Positions 50,173 through 62,219 of a stretch of 64,000 nt of DNA are shown here, piece by piece. The stretch covers positions 11,222,001 through 11,286,000 of the forward strand of contig NC_043016.1 of assembly GCF_006345805.1 (NCBI RefSeq), given 5' to 3'. Origin of the DNA: Octopus sinensis (lineage: Eukaryota). The position numbers were made by a program, and so were the translations under genes. The notes under the pieces are model-generated. The model made no database searches, was not told the origin of the DNA, and saw only the letters and a program-made list of their open reading frames with translations. Numbering within the stretch: position 1 is the stretch's first letter; each line of letters opens with the position of its first letter.

Positions 50173-50944
50173 CAGTGATACCTTACAGTACAAGCTCCAT
50201 GACTGAGCTTGTCTTAGAATTTCTTGTTTTACAAAATCAATTTTCCCTATTGAAATTAACTAAAATATAATTAATCTGTTCCAGCCCCATAAAAACCACT
50301 CAAAAATAATTTTTTATGGGTTTTAAAGAAGAATATGTGTCGTTACAATGACAATTATATATAAAAAAAAAAAAAGAGAATGCAAAAGAAATATGTAAAC
50401 TGGTTTTATTAACTGAATTACCTTAACCCTTTTGTTACTGTATTTATTTTAAGATGCTTTGTGTTTCTTTCAATTAATTTTAAATATAAAGAATTCAGTA
50501 AAATAACTTAGTTATCATTAAGCTGGTGTTAGGAACATAAATTGTGATTAAGGTTTGGTGGAAGATTTTGATGCAAAACTTATGGAAACAAGACATTCGT
50601 ACTCAGAGACAGAAGCAGTTTCAGTCGGGTTGGTATCAAAAGGGTTAAATATAACAAAGAATTTAGTAAAATAACTTAGTTATCATTAAGCTAGTGTTAG
50701 GAACATAAATTGTGACTAAGGTTTGGTGGAAGATTTTAATTCAAAACTTACGAAAACAAGACATTTGTACTCAGAGCCAGAACCGGTTTCAGCCAGGTTG
50801 GTAACAAAAGGGTTAAAGATGGAACAATTTGTGTGCTCATACTTTGGATTTCCACTTATACTTCAAGACAAAAATTCACTTGAATATCAGCTCGTACAAC
50901 AAATTATTAGTACAATGGGTCACTCATACTGTGAGGTTCTACTG
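50173..50944. mobile_element. Tigger-like MITE containing a nested piggyBac-type MITE
   Basis: TA-CAGTGATACCTTACAGTAC / ATACTGTGAGGTTCTACTG-TA. Confidence 0.6.
50427..50812. mobile_element. piggyBac-type MITE with duplicated right end
   Basis: TTAA|CCCTTTTGTTAC..GTATCAAAAGGG|TTAA (50644)..GTAACAAAAGGG|TTAA (50812). Confidence 0.8.
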
Positions 50945-51769
50945 TATATACACATAGATGACCTAATTATAAAATCATTTAAAAATCATCAGTCATCATT
51001 AAGTAGTTGTTGATTTTGGATTCTGCTATTTCAGTAGTGAACGTAAGAGGTGAGGTCTGAGAAGTATTCTATGAGAGATATTATCAAATTTTATAAAAAA
51101 AAAAAAATTTTTAAATTACAGAATTATCAGAGAATTTAAAAGAAAAATAGAGAAATTATTATATAAAACACTAATTCAAGAGAGTTATTCATTATTAACA
51201 ATGACCAAATTGGCAAATAATTTAGTTTGTGGAAGAAAATATTTGGAGTGATATTATTTGGCTACATTATAAAGTAATCACTCTGTAATTAACATCATGA
51301 ATAAAGAGAAAGAAAAGAAAGAAGAAATAAAGAGCAAGACAAGGAAGTGAGTGGGAGGGGGTTGTCTGCTAAAAGGTCATATACTTTATGGCAGTAACTG
51401 GTTGGAAAGTCACTATGACATGCATACATTTATATATATACATATATATTATATATATATATATATATTATATATATATATATATATATACATATATATA
51501 TGCATGTATGTATATTCAGAACAGGGTGGTGTAGTAAACAGTATGCTAGTCACTGATGCATGACTCTTAATAACTGCTTTTCAGACGAGGGAGTAAATAA
51601 AATGAATGGATTAAATAAACGAATAAATAAACTGGTAATTATTTTTCCAGTAATCATTTAAACATAGTTTTAAAGTTTGTGTGCATGTGTGTGTGTGTGT
51701 GTTAAGAAGCTTGCTTCCCAACCACATGGTTCTAGGTTCAGTCCCACGGTATGGCACATTAGACAATTG

Positions 51770-53000
51770 TCTTCAGAAAAATGTCACAGAAAGCAAGAAT
51801 GGGCAAATATGGAGGATGCGTAAGTGGTGTCTAACCATTTTTGGTCAAAAACAGTCTCATACTCAATGTGATGTGCGAAGGTGCATTGTCGTAATGAAGC
51901 CACCACTCTCCACTTTGCCACAGGTTAGGCGGCGAGCTGGAAGAATTGGTAGCACGCCGGGCGAAATGCTTAGCGTTATTTCGTCTGCCGCTTCGTTCTG
52001 AGTTCAAAATTCCGCCGAGGTCGACTTTGCCTTTCATCCTTTCGGGGTCGATTAAATAAGTACCAGTTACGCACTGGGGTCGATATAATCGACTTAATCC
52101 GTTTGTCTGCCCTTATTTGCCCTCTCTGTGTTTAGCCCCTTGTGGGTAGTAAAGAAATAGGTATTTGGTCTGCCGTTACGTTCTGAGTTCAAATTCCGTC
52201 GAGGTCGACTTTGCCTTTCATCCTTTCGGGGTCGATTAAATAAGTACCAGTTACGCACTGGCGTCGATATAATCGACTTAATCCGTTTGTCTGTCCTTGT
52301 TTGTCCTCTCTATGTTTAGCCCCTTGTGGGTAGTAAAGAAATAGGTATTTTATTCTCACTGTGCCTCATAAATGCTTCAGAACCGTCAAGTAAAACGTCT
52401 GGTTAACAGTTTGACCAGGAGGAACAAATTCTTTATGGATAATTCCTTTTGCATCAATGAAACAAATCAGCAACGTCTTGACATTGGACTTCACTTTATG
52501 CACTTTATCAGGGTGAGGTGACATTGAATGTTTCCATTGACTTGACTACTGCTTTGTTCTCATGTCATGGCCATAGCATCAGCTTTTATCACTGGTGATA
52601 GCCCTCAGAAAAAAGGTTCGGATCAACTTCTAAATGTTCTTTCAGTTCACGACACACATTCAGCCGTGACTGCTTTTGATTTTCCGTGAGAAAGCAAGGT
52701 ACAAATTTGAGTGCAAATTTTTTTCATTTGCAATTCCTCACTCAAAATTCATTGGCAGAAGCTCAGGAACACACCAGTCATATCAACGAGTTCATCAAAT
52801 GTTTGGTGATGATCCTCCAAGATCAGTTCACAAATGTTCATGACGTTTTCATTCTACGGGAGGTCGACAGTCACCCTGATTGAGGTTGGTCTTCAAGCGA
52901 TGAGTGACCATTCCTAAAGCATGGAAACCACTTGTAAAACGTGTTTTGCTCATGGCAGCATCCTTGTAAGCTGTTTGTTCCTTCGTTTCAGCCATCACAA
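51770..53000 (-). mobile_element. Decayed mariner (DD34D-type) transposase split by a SINE B dimer
   Basis: RLNVCRELKEHLEVDPNLF; LWQSGEWWLHYDNAPSH. Confidence 0.85.
51947..52345 (+). mobile_element. Head-to-tail SINE B dimer
   Basis: The second unit starts at the internal GGTATTT site. Confidence 0.88.
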
Positions 53001-54170
53001 AAATCAACAAAAAGGGGGGAAGCACTGCAAGACAAAGACATGTCACCTGGCAGTACAACTTCACTCGATGACGTTGGTTGGCAGACTGATGCCTGAGGGT
53101 CACATCAAGTGGCTTCTAGTGGCAGAAGCCTGAACTACAACAGGTTTGCCCTCACAGAGAACATTTCCAGCTAGTTTTGGGGTACCCCACTCATATCTAT
53201 ACATGTGTGTGCATGCATGTGTGTAAAATCAATCCCAAAACATGCCATGGTTCCCATTTTCGTAAATTACAGAAACATACCTATAATGAAACTTCAATGA
53301 GTTAATCTTTGATCATACCAATAACCGCATTTACTCTAGTTTCATGAATAGATTTTTATATTTCACATTCTTTATTGTGCATATTATTCTTTCTTAATTT
53401 GGTTCTTTTTGTCTTTTTCGGTCTCTGAGTATTTTACCAATTCTCTTCAGGTGCTTTCTGCTGTTTGATTAGATTGCTTCAAATTGATAATATGATTACA
53501 TTAATTATTTATTTAGTAATTCCCCATTTCAGAAAATGTCAAAATATTTAAAACTACATCTTCTTCATCATCAGCAACACCAGTGACATCTTCCTCTTCA
53601 TCATCATCATCATCATCATAACCAACATCATCATAATCATAATAATAATAATAATAGCAATAATAATAATAATAATAATAATCATTAATATTATCTCTGT
53701 AATTGCCACTGCCATCATCATCGTTATTATCATAATCATCAAGAGCATCGTTATTACTATACTCTTCTGTTTTCCTGTATCACATCGTGTTGCACACACA
53801 CACATATATTATATATAAATACATATGCATGCATATATATATATATATATATGCACACACACATGTGCATATAAACTTGGGCATTATTGATACTAATAAC
53901 CTGGTGTTAGAATTCAATATACATATATATCAGAACAAAGCATCGGTCGAGTACAGAGTGGTAATATGATATTAAATAATTTGACAAGGGAATAAATAAT
54001 TGAATACTGAACATTATTAGATAATTCCTTTCCCTTTGTCATATTAATTTTATATATATATATATACACAAAGGTGAGCACATAAGTGCAAAACAAGGTG
54101 GACAAAATAGTACTCAAATACCAAACGTAGAGTAATATGCTTTTATTAAAACTGCAAAATTATCACAAGA

Positions 54171-54212
54171 CTGTTGCTCAGAGTTTCATGCTTCCGTTCA
54201 TCAAGCTGTTGT
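54171..54212 (-). ncRNA. Strongly decayed hammerhead-like motif
   Basis: TTGATGA-ACGGAAGCAT-GAAAC-TCTGA-GC-A; stem I is absent. Confidence 0.25.
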
Positions 54213-54359
54213 GGTAAAATCAGAATTAAGCTTGTATGTATGTATGTAAGTATGTGTATATATATATATGACGGCCTGCTGTGCTAACCTTGAATCGTAG
54301 AGTGACCCGCTGTACTTGAGGAGACCTATTGAGTCAAGTATGTCAACACAAACATCAAA

Positions 54360-55125
54360 ATAAAAATCAAATGGAAATTGTAGTTAAGATACCCGTGCAG
54401 GTGACACGTAAAAAGCACCGTCCGAATGTGGCTGATGCCAGCGCTGCCTGACTGGCGTTTGTGTCGGTGACACATAAAAAGCACCAACCAATCATGGCCG
54501 TTTGCCAGCCTCTTCTGGCCCCTGTGCTGGTGGCATATAAAAAGTACCCACTACACTCACGGAGTAGTTGGCGTTAGGAAGGGCATCCAGCTGTAGAAAC
54601 ACTACCAGATCAGACTGGAGCCTGGTGCAGCCTCCTGGCTTCCCAGACCCTGGTCGAGCTGTCCAACTCATGCTAGCATAGAAAACAGACGTTAAATGAT
54701 GATGATATATATATATATATATATATATCGCTGTATGTATGTGTATATATATGTCTTTGATGTGGCCATTGACAGTGCCGCTTGATTGGCACTCGTGCCA
54801 GTGGAACGTAAAAGCACTATCCAAGCATGATCATTGCCAGGGTCACTGACTGCCTCACGTGCCAGTGGCACATAAAAAGTACCATTCGAGTATGATTGTT
54901 GCCAGAGTCGCCTTACTGGCACATGTGCCCGGGGCATTTGAAAAACAGCATTTGAGTGTTGTCATTGCCAGTGCCACCAGACTGGCTCCCATGCAGGTGG
55001 CATGTAAAAAACACCATTTGAGCGTGGTCATTGCCAGTACCGCCTGACTAACCCTTGTGCCGGTGGCACATAAAAGCACCCACTACACTCTTGGAGTGGT
55101 TGGCATTAGGAAGGGCATCCAGCTT
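54360..55125 (+). mobile_element. Two group E elements
   Basis: Tandem GTGGCAC(A/G)TAAAAAGCACC units; the first ends in (GAT)n. Confidence 0.82.
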
Positions 55126-56239
55126 CCTAATAGCATGTAGGATATTGTTATTTATAAACAATATCTTACATGCTATTATTTATAGTTTTATCTATTTCAA
55201 GTTCCACCATTAAGAATTATTTAATATTTAATGTATCCTTCCTAAAGCTTGATTTGAGGAAGATTTGGCTGCTATTTTCAGTAAGCAAAGTTTTTACTTA
55301 ATGGCTCTTTTATTAATTGGTTTGCATGTGTCTGAGATTTTCTGAGGTTTGAGGAGAACAAGAAGCCATGACTCACACATATACACTAAATCTGTTATCA
55401 ATATAAGTGAAGTGGAACGCGGCAGAACCGTTAGCATGCTGGACTATATGTGTAGTGGCATTTTTACATTCTGAGTTCAAATTAAACTGAAATAAACTAC
55501 TTTTCATCTTTTTGGAGGTCGAGAAAATAAGTACCAGTTGAGTTCTGGGGTCGAAATAATTGATTTACCCTCTCCCCTGGACATACTGGCCTTGTGCCAA
55601 AATTTGAAACTAATATTACCCTAGCTTTCAAATTCCACCCAGGTCAGGTTTGCCTCTCATCCTTCAGGGTCAATAAAATAAGTACCAGTTGAGCACTGGG
55701 GTCAATGTACTCAATTTATGGCCTTCCCTAAAATTACTGGCCTTGTGCAAAAATTTGAAACCAATACAAGCGGACTGTCTATAATTAAAAATCGCTGTTC
55801 GTTTACTTGTATCTTAAAGCTGTTACTACAACAAAAGTGAAATTAATCTATTCACAAGGTCAATGAACTTGAAAAAGAGAGAAAAGCTGTTTTTGAATTC
55901 AATTTTTTGAATTAAAATTGGGCAAAAAAGCAAAATTATTCTTAATTGGTTTTTAGTTGCGTTATAAATATACACACATATACATGTATTACATTTCAAA
56001 CACGCATGCTCACAGAGAAAGACGTACACACATACACACACTTAGATATCATCACGGAGTCTGAAGCCTTATAAGACACAATTATTTGATTTCTGTTTAT
56101 ATTTTATTTAGTTTGCTTCTCTTTTTGAAACCAAATCCTGTATAACAAATACATACATACATATATATATAGAGAGAGAGGGGGGGTTCAAATTTACAGC
56201 AAATGACAAAGACAGATAAAGGAACAACAAGCAGGTGTA

Positions 56240-57161
56240 TAATTCCATAAATAATGCAGTTTTTTTCAATTGCATGAACTAAAAGTCAGAGGAAGAATGG
56301 GATAAACTACCTGCATCAACTTGCTATAAAAGCAGGTAGTAATCTTACCTTTTTTTCTTATTCTTATTGTAAGTTTTGATCAGTGCAGTTCGATTTTAAC
56401 AGTTATTTTTTTTCAAAGCTATAAAGGAAGTGACAAAGGAGCATATTTGGCATATTCTGCTTTATGAGTTCAATAAAAGCAACAACACAATGGAAAGTGC
56501 AAGGAATATTAATGAAGTATATGGGGATCGGAGAATAAGCATAAGCTAGTGTCAATGGTGGTTCCAGATATTCTGAGCCGGAAACTACAGCATAGGAGTT
56601 GAGCCTTGTCCTGGAAGATCTGTAGAGCTCGACGAGAATGTCCTGCAAACCTTAGTGGAACAAAATCCCATCATAATTGTTGAGGAACTAGCAGAGAAGC
56701 TTGAATTTGGTCATTCAACCATTCATCAACACCTGTGTGCCATTGGAAAAGTCAGCAAATTTGGTCAATGGGTTCCTCACAAACTTTCTGAGTCTAGTCA
56801 CATGCACAGCAAGTGAATGTGTGCTCTTCTTTGCTGTCACGTCTCATGAATGGACCTTTTTTGGACTGAACAGTGGCTGGTGATGAGAAATGGGTTCTCT
56901 ATAAAAAATGTTAAGTACTGAAATCATTTGGATGGAAAAAATATGAATTTTGTAGACGAGGTCAGAACAGTACAGGAGGAGTATTTTTTTGTCACAGGCA
57001 AGTGAATTTTGGAAGAGAGGTTTGCAAGTCTACCAGAAAGATGGAAGAGTTTTGTAGAAAATAAAGGAGAGTATATTTTAGATTAATAATGAACTTTGTT
57101 CATCTTAATTTTGAAAAATAACAGTATAGAACAACCATATTATTTATGAGATGACCCAATA
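56240..57161 (+). mobile_element. Mariner deletion derivative
   Basis: HILLYEFNK..WFQIF..ELAEKL..GQWVPHKL. CCATAAATAATG / TTATTTATGAGATGACCCAATA termini. Confidence 0.82.
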
Positions 57162-57224
57162 TATATGTGTGAGTGTGTGTGTGTGTATGTGTGTGTGGTG
57201 TCTGTCTGTCTGTCTGTCTGTGTA

Positions 57225-57550
57225 TGTGGTTAGAGCATTCAACTTACAATCAAGAGGTAGTGAGTTGAATTTCCAGACGAGGCTGCGTGTTGTGTTCTTG
57301 AGCAAGACACTTTATTTCACATTGCTCCGGTTCACTCAGCGGTAGAAATGAGTTATGATATGTCACTGATGCCAAGCTGTATCGGCCGCTTTGCCTTTCC
57401 TTTGGATAATATTGACAGTGTGGGGGAGGGGAAGCTGGTATGCATGGGTGACTGCTGGTCTTCCATAAAAAAATAACCTTGCCTGGACTTGTGCCTTGGA
57501 GGGTAACTTTCTAGGTGTAATCACATGGTCATTCATGACTGATGGGGTCT
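57225..57550 (+). mobile_element. SINE group C
   Basis: Family match. Confidence 0.82.
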
Positions 57551-57578
57551 TAACCTTTTACATATATGCACACACACA

Positions 57579-57629
<51 letters not shown>

Positions 57630-58719
57630 TACATATTAAAAAACACATGAATTGAAAAATACTTTCATAAATATATATCTAATATTATCATCATCATCAT
57701 CATTATCATCATTTTATGTCTGCTTTTCATGCTGGCATGGGTTGGACGATTTGACATGGAGCTGGTTAGCAAGGACTCCAGTTGTTAGTTTTGGCATGGT
57801 TTCTACAGCAGGATGCTCTTCCTAACACCAACCACTTTACAGAGTGTACTGGGTGCATCTCATGTTGCACAGGTGCATTTTAGCAGCACTGGCACCTGTA
57901 AAGGACAAACCTATATGTATGCTTGTATGTTTATGTATGCCCTTGTGTTTACATGGTGCGTGTACACGTGTGCAAGTGATACGTATATTTGTGTGTGTGT
58001 TTGCATCAGTATGCATGCATGCATGTATGTGTGCATGCATGTTTGTATATGCATGCATATATTCATGTGTGTGCATAAGTATATGTGTGCATGTGTATGT
58101 GTGTGCGTAAGTATATGTACGCATGAATTTACAAGTGTGTGCATGTGTATGTGTGTTTGTATTTACGTGTGTGTAAGTGACAGAGAGAGAGAGTATTATG
58201 CATTCATTGTTAGTTAAAGTTTGGATTGTCAAGGTTGTGTACGTCAAGTTGTGTGTATTTGTTTGTTCATGCATTACCACTTGATAACCGGTGTTGGTTT
58301 GTTTATTACCCCATAACTTAGCAGAGCAAAAGAGACCTATAGAACAAGTAAAGGAAAAAGTAAGTATTGGGGTCAATTTGTTCAACTAAAACCCTTTCGA
58401 GCCAATGGCCCAACATGGTCGCAGACAAACGGCTGAAACAAATATAAAATAAAAGAAGATACACACACATTATGTATACGTACATATATGTGTGTGTGTA
58501 TGTGTGTGTGTGTGAGTGTGTGTGTGTATATATCTATATCTATCTATATATATATATATGAGTTCAGTAAAAATTTAGATTCAGCTGAATATAGTACCTA
58601 AGTTAAAGCACCAGAATTTAGTACAGTATTATCCATACAATTTCAAAATAAGGTGATTAAAATCAAAATAAGCAACAAGGATACTCAGACATAGAATTTA
58701 ATTAAATTCTATGTCTTTG

Positions 58720-58811
58720 TGCAGCTGAAAATTGCTCTACATTTTAAATTGATGCAATGAAATGACTGCATTGTTCAATTAAATGGAGCTGCATGAAACG
58801 ATCATGCTGCA
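58720..58811 (+). ncRNA. Decayed hammerhead motif (pair with 63803)
   Basis: TGCAG-CTGAAAA..GAGCTGCA-T-GAAAC-GATC-AT-G-CTGCA; 25-bp flanking inverted repeat. Confidence 0.5.
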
Positions 58812-58845
58812 TTACCTCTGCGTATCCTTGTTGCTTATTTTGATA

Positions 58846-58887
<42 letters not shown>

Positions 58888-59194
58888 ATACACATGCACA
58901 CACATACACACACATGCAAATTCATGCGTACATATACTTACGCACACACACAGACTCACACATACATGCAAACATATGCTCATTTACATGTACATGCACA
59001 CAAATACACATGCACACATATACTTATGCACACACACACATGTATACAAATATATATATACTTATGCACACACACATCACCATGACCAACCAGGCTATCA
59101 GATGTTGCTACACATCGCTGGTCACAATGTGCTTCGCATTGTTTTAGCCTTCAAATGACGCCACCCTGCTGGCTAAGAGAGCAGGCCAAAAGAA

Positions 59195-59375
59195 GAAAGA
59201 GTGAAAGAAAGGTGTGAAGAAAGAGAACAGCAGGGATCGCCACCACCCCCTGCTGGAGCCTCATGGAGATTTATGTGTTTTCCCTCAATAAACACTCACA
59301 ACACCCGGTCTGGGAATCGAACCGCAATCCTCCGACCACGAGTCCGCTACCCTAACCACTGGGCCATTGTGCCTC
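59195..59375 (-). mobile_element. SINE group D, 5' half
   Basis: Family match. Confidence 0.8.
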
Positions 59376-59538
59376 CAAATATATATAATGGAGAAATTGT
59401 ACAAAATGTATAAATGGATGATGAGTAAAGTACCGGCACAGTTTCAGTTACCTGTTGTTATCCGTAGATTTACTGCAGGGACTTTGTAGTGGAGGTTGGG
59501 GTAACAGTATTAATAAAATAGGAGATGGAAAGTGTATT

Positions 59539-59607
59539 AGACTTTATTGGGTACAACACATGTTTCGACCCGTTCTGAGTCTCTTCAGGTACATCAATAA
59601 AAAGTCT
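59539..59607 (-). ncRNA. Canonical type-I hammerhead ribozyme motif
   Basis: GTAC-CTGAAGA-GACTC-AGAAC-GGGTC-GAA-AC-ATGT-GT-T-GTAC. Stem I extends through an internal loop (CAATAAA..GTCT with AGAC..TTTATTG). Predicted cut between 59555 and 59554. Confidence 0.85.
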
Positions 59608-59809
59608 CACTAGAGATTTCTTGAGTTGGCATATGTACTGCTATATGTCTATCAAATTTGATGTAAAAAGAAGTAAAAGAAACAATTTTTGATTTTTTTT
59701 TTTTTTTCTCAAGTACAGCTGCACTTAGGTTTTCAAGAACGCTAGAAGTGAAACTATTCACCTTTGACCTTTTTCAAAGAAAACACAGAATGCTCTTCAT
59801 GTTGATGCT

Positions 59810-59811
59810 AT

Positions 59812-59843
<32 letters not shown>

Positions 59844-60060
59844 GGTGGTGGTACAGCTGGTGGTGGTGGTGGTGGTGGTGATGGTGGTGGTGGTTCTTGT
59901 GGTGGTGGTGGTTCTTGTGGTGGTGGTGGTACAGCTGGTGCCGGTGGCAACAACAGTGAAGATAGTGGTGACAGAGAAAATGGCGGTGGTAGTGGTGCTG
60001 GTGGTGGAGTAGCAGTGGTAGTGTAGATGGTGGTGATGCTTCTGCTGCTGTTGCCACTGC
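59810..60060. repeat. (GGT/GTT)n tract
   Basis: Direct reading. Confidence 0.9.
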
Positions 60061-60202
60061 TTCAAGCCACCTTTCATTAAGTAGGCTTTTGATCAAGCAT
60101 TTTCCATCCCCGGAACATCCCGTCTTTCCTCTTATTTTTAAAAGTGAAAATGACATAGTATATCTGAGACTACATTATCCAAAGTACATTCCCTCTCCCT
60201 TC

Positions 60203-60243
<41 letters not shown>

Positions 60244-60356
60244 AAACAGAGAATGGTAAAGTATGACTTGAAGAATTTCTAGTAATTAAGTGATTTTTAG
60301 GTTTGATTAAAGGGTAGAAACATAGACACACACACACACACAGACAATCTGATAAT

Positions 60357-60359
60357 CTG

Positions 60360-60409
<50 letters not shown>

Positions 60410-60467
60410 CAATAATAATAATAATAATAATAATAATATAATAATAATAATAATGATAATGATGATG

Positions 60468-60503
<36 letters not shown>

Positions 60504-60511
60504 TAATAATA

Positions 60512-60554
<43 letters not shown>

Positions 60555-60558
60555 GATG

Positions 60559-60623
<65 letters not shown>

Positions 60624-60700
60624 TAATAATGATAATAATAATAAAATAATAATAATGATAATGATGATGATAATAATATAATAATAATAATGATATGATA

Positions 60701-60732
<32 letters not shown>

Positions 60733-60847
60733 GATGATAATAATAATAATAATAAAATGATAATATAATAATAATAATAATAATGATAATGATGATGATA
60801 ATAATAATAATAATAATATGATAATGATAATGATGATGATAATAATA

Positions 60848-60878
<31 letters not shown>

Positions 60879-60908
60879 TAATAATAAAATAATAATAATA
60901 ATAATATA

Positions 60909-60940
<32 letters not shown>

Positions 60941-60953
60941 GATAATGATGATG

Positions 60954-60995
<42 letters not shown>

Positions 60996-61019
60996 TAATA
61001 ATAATAATAATAATAATAA

Positions 61020-61110
<91 letters not shown>

Positions 61111-61129
61111 TATAATGATAATGATGATG

Positions 61130-61164
<35 letters not shown>

Positions 61165-61378
61165 CCTTTCTACTATAGACACAAGGCCTGAAATTTCGGG
61201 GAGGGGGTAAGTCGATTACATCGACCCAGTGTTCAGCTGGTATTTATTTTATCAACCTCAAAAAGGATGAAAAGCAAAATCAACCTTGGCAGAATTTGAA
61301 CTCAGAATGTAAAGATGGACAAAATGCAGCTAAGCATTTCACCCGGTATGGTAATGATTCTGCCAGCTCGCCTCCTTG

Positions 61379-61415
<37 letters not shown>

Positions 61416-61427
61416 TAATAATAATAA
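60357..61427. repeat. Long compound (TAA/TGA)n array, with SINE B inserted at ~61166-61378 (-)
   Basis: Direct reading. Confidence 0.93.
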
Positions 61428-61891
61428 CCATACTATGGGATATACCAATACACACAGATAGAGAAATTAAGGCCAACAGACCAGATATAGTTGTCAGAGA
61501 TCATGAAGAAAAAAAATGCTTTCTAATTGATGTATCAATACCAGCAGATGACAATGTTTCTCTAAAAGAAATGGAGAAACTTTCAAAATACAAAGACCTG
61601 GAAATACAGGTAACTCAAATGTGGAATCTAAAAACATAAACAATTCCTATCATAGTGGGTGCATTAGGTATGATAAAAAATATTCAGACAAATACATAAC
61701 AAAAATACCATGACTTACAAATATATATAACATACAGAAAATAGCACTACTGGGCACTGCACACATCCTACACAAAACACTTTCAATACAGTAACCATAA
61801 GAGCATCACAGCAAACCACAGCACATACCCAAGGCACACAGAGTTGTGCTTGGTAGTAAAGTGAAAGCACACTATAAAAATAAAACTACTG
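61428..61891 (+). mobile_element. 5'-truncated R4/Dong-like non-LTR element (RLE domain and 3' UTR)
   Basis: WDIPIHTDREIKANRPDIVV..LIDVSIP..EKLSKYKDL..IPIIVGALG; flanked by (TAA)n. Confidence 0.88.
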
Positions 61892-61909
61892 AATAATAAT
61901 AAAAATAAT

Positions 61910-62219
61910 ATGGAAAAAACAGACAGAAAAATTAACTCCAATCGACCAGACATTGTGATCAAGGACAACAACAGAGGAACTTGTCAGTTAATAGATATGC
62001 CTGTCCCACAAGATCAAAATGTGTCAAGAAAGAAAACGAAAAGCTTTCTCACTATAAAGATCTGCAAATTGAAATCACAAAAATGTGGAAGTTTAGTACT
62101 ACTATAATACCAGTGGTAATTGGTGCATTGGGAATGATAGAGAAGGGAGCTGAGAAGTATACTAAGCTACTGCCTGGTAATTCCAATCTTCATGAACTAC
62201 AAAAGATAACCTTGCTATG
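61910..62219 (+). mobile_element. Second, divergent R4/Dong-like RLE fragment
   Basis: TDRKINSNRPDIVI..EKLSHYKDL..IPVVIGALG. Confidence 0.85.

Noticed and set aside
60307-61182. 291-aa Ile/Leu/Tyr ORF
   Set aside because: Translation of the (TTA)n array.
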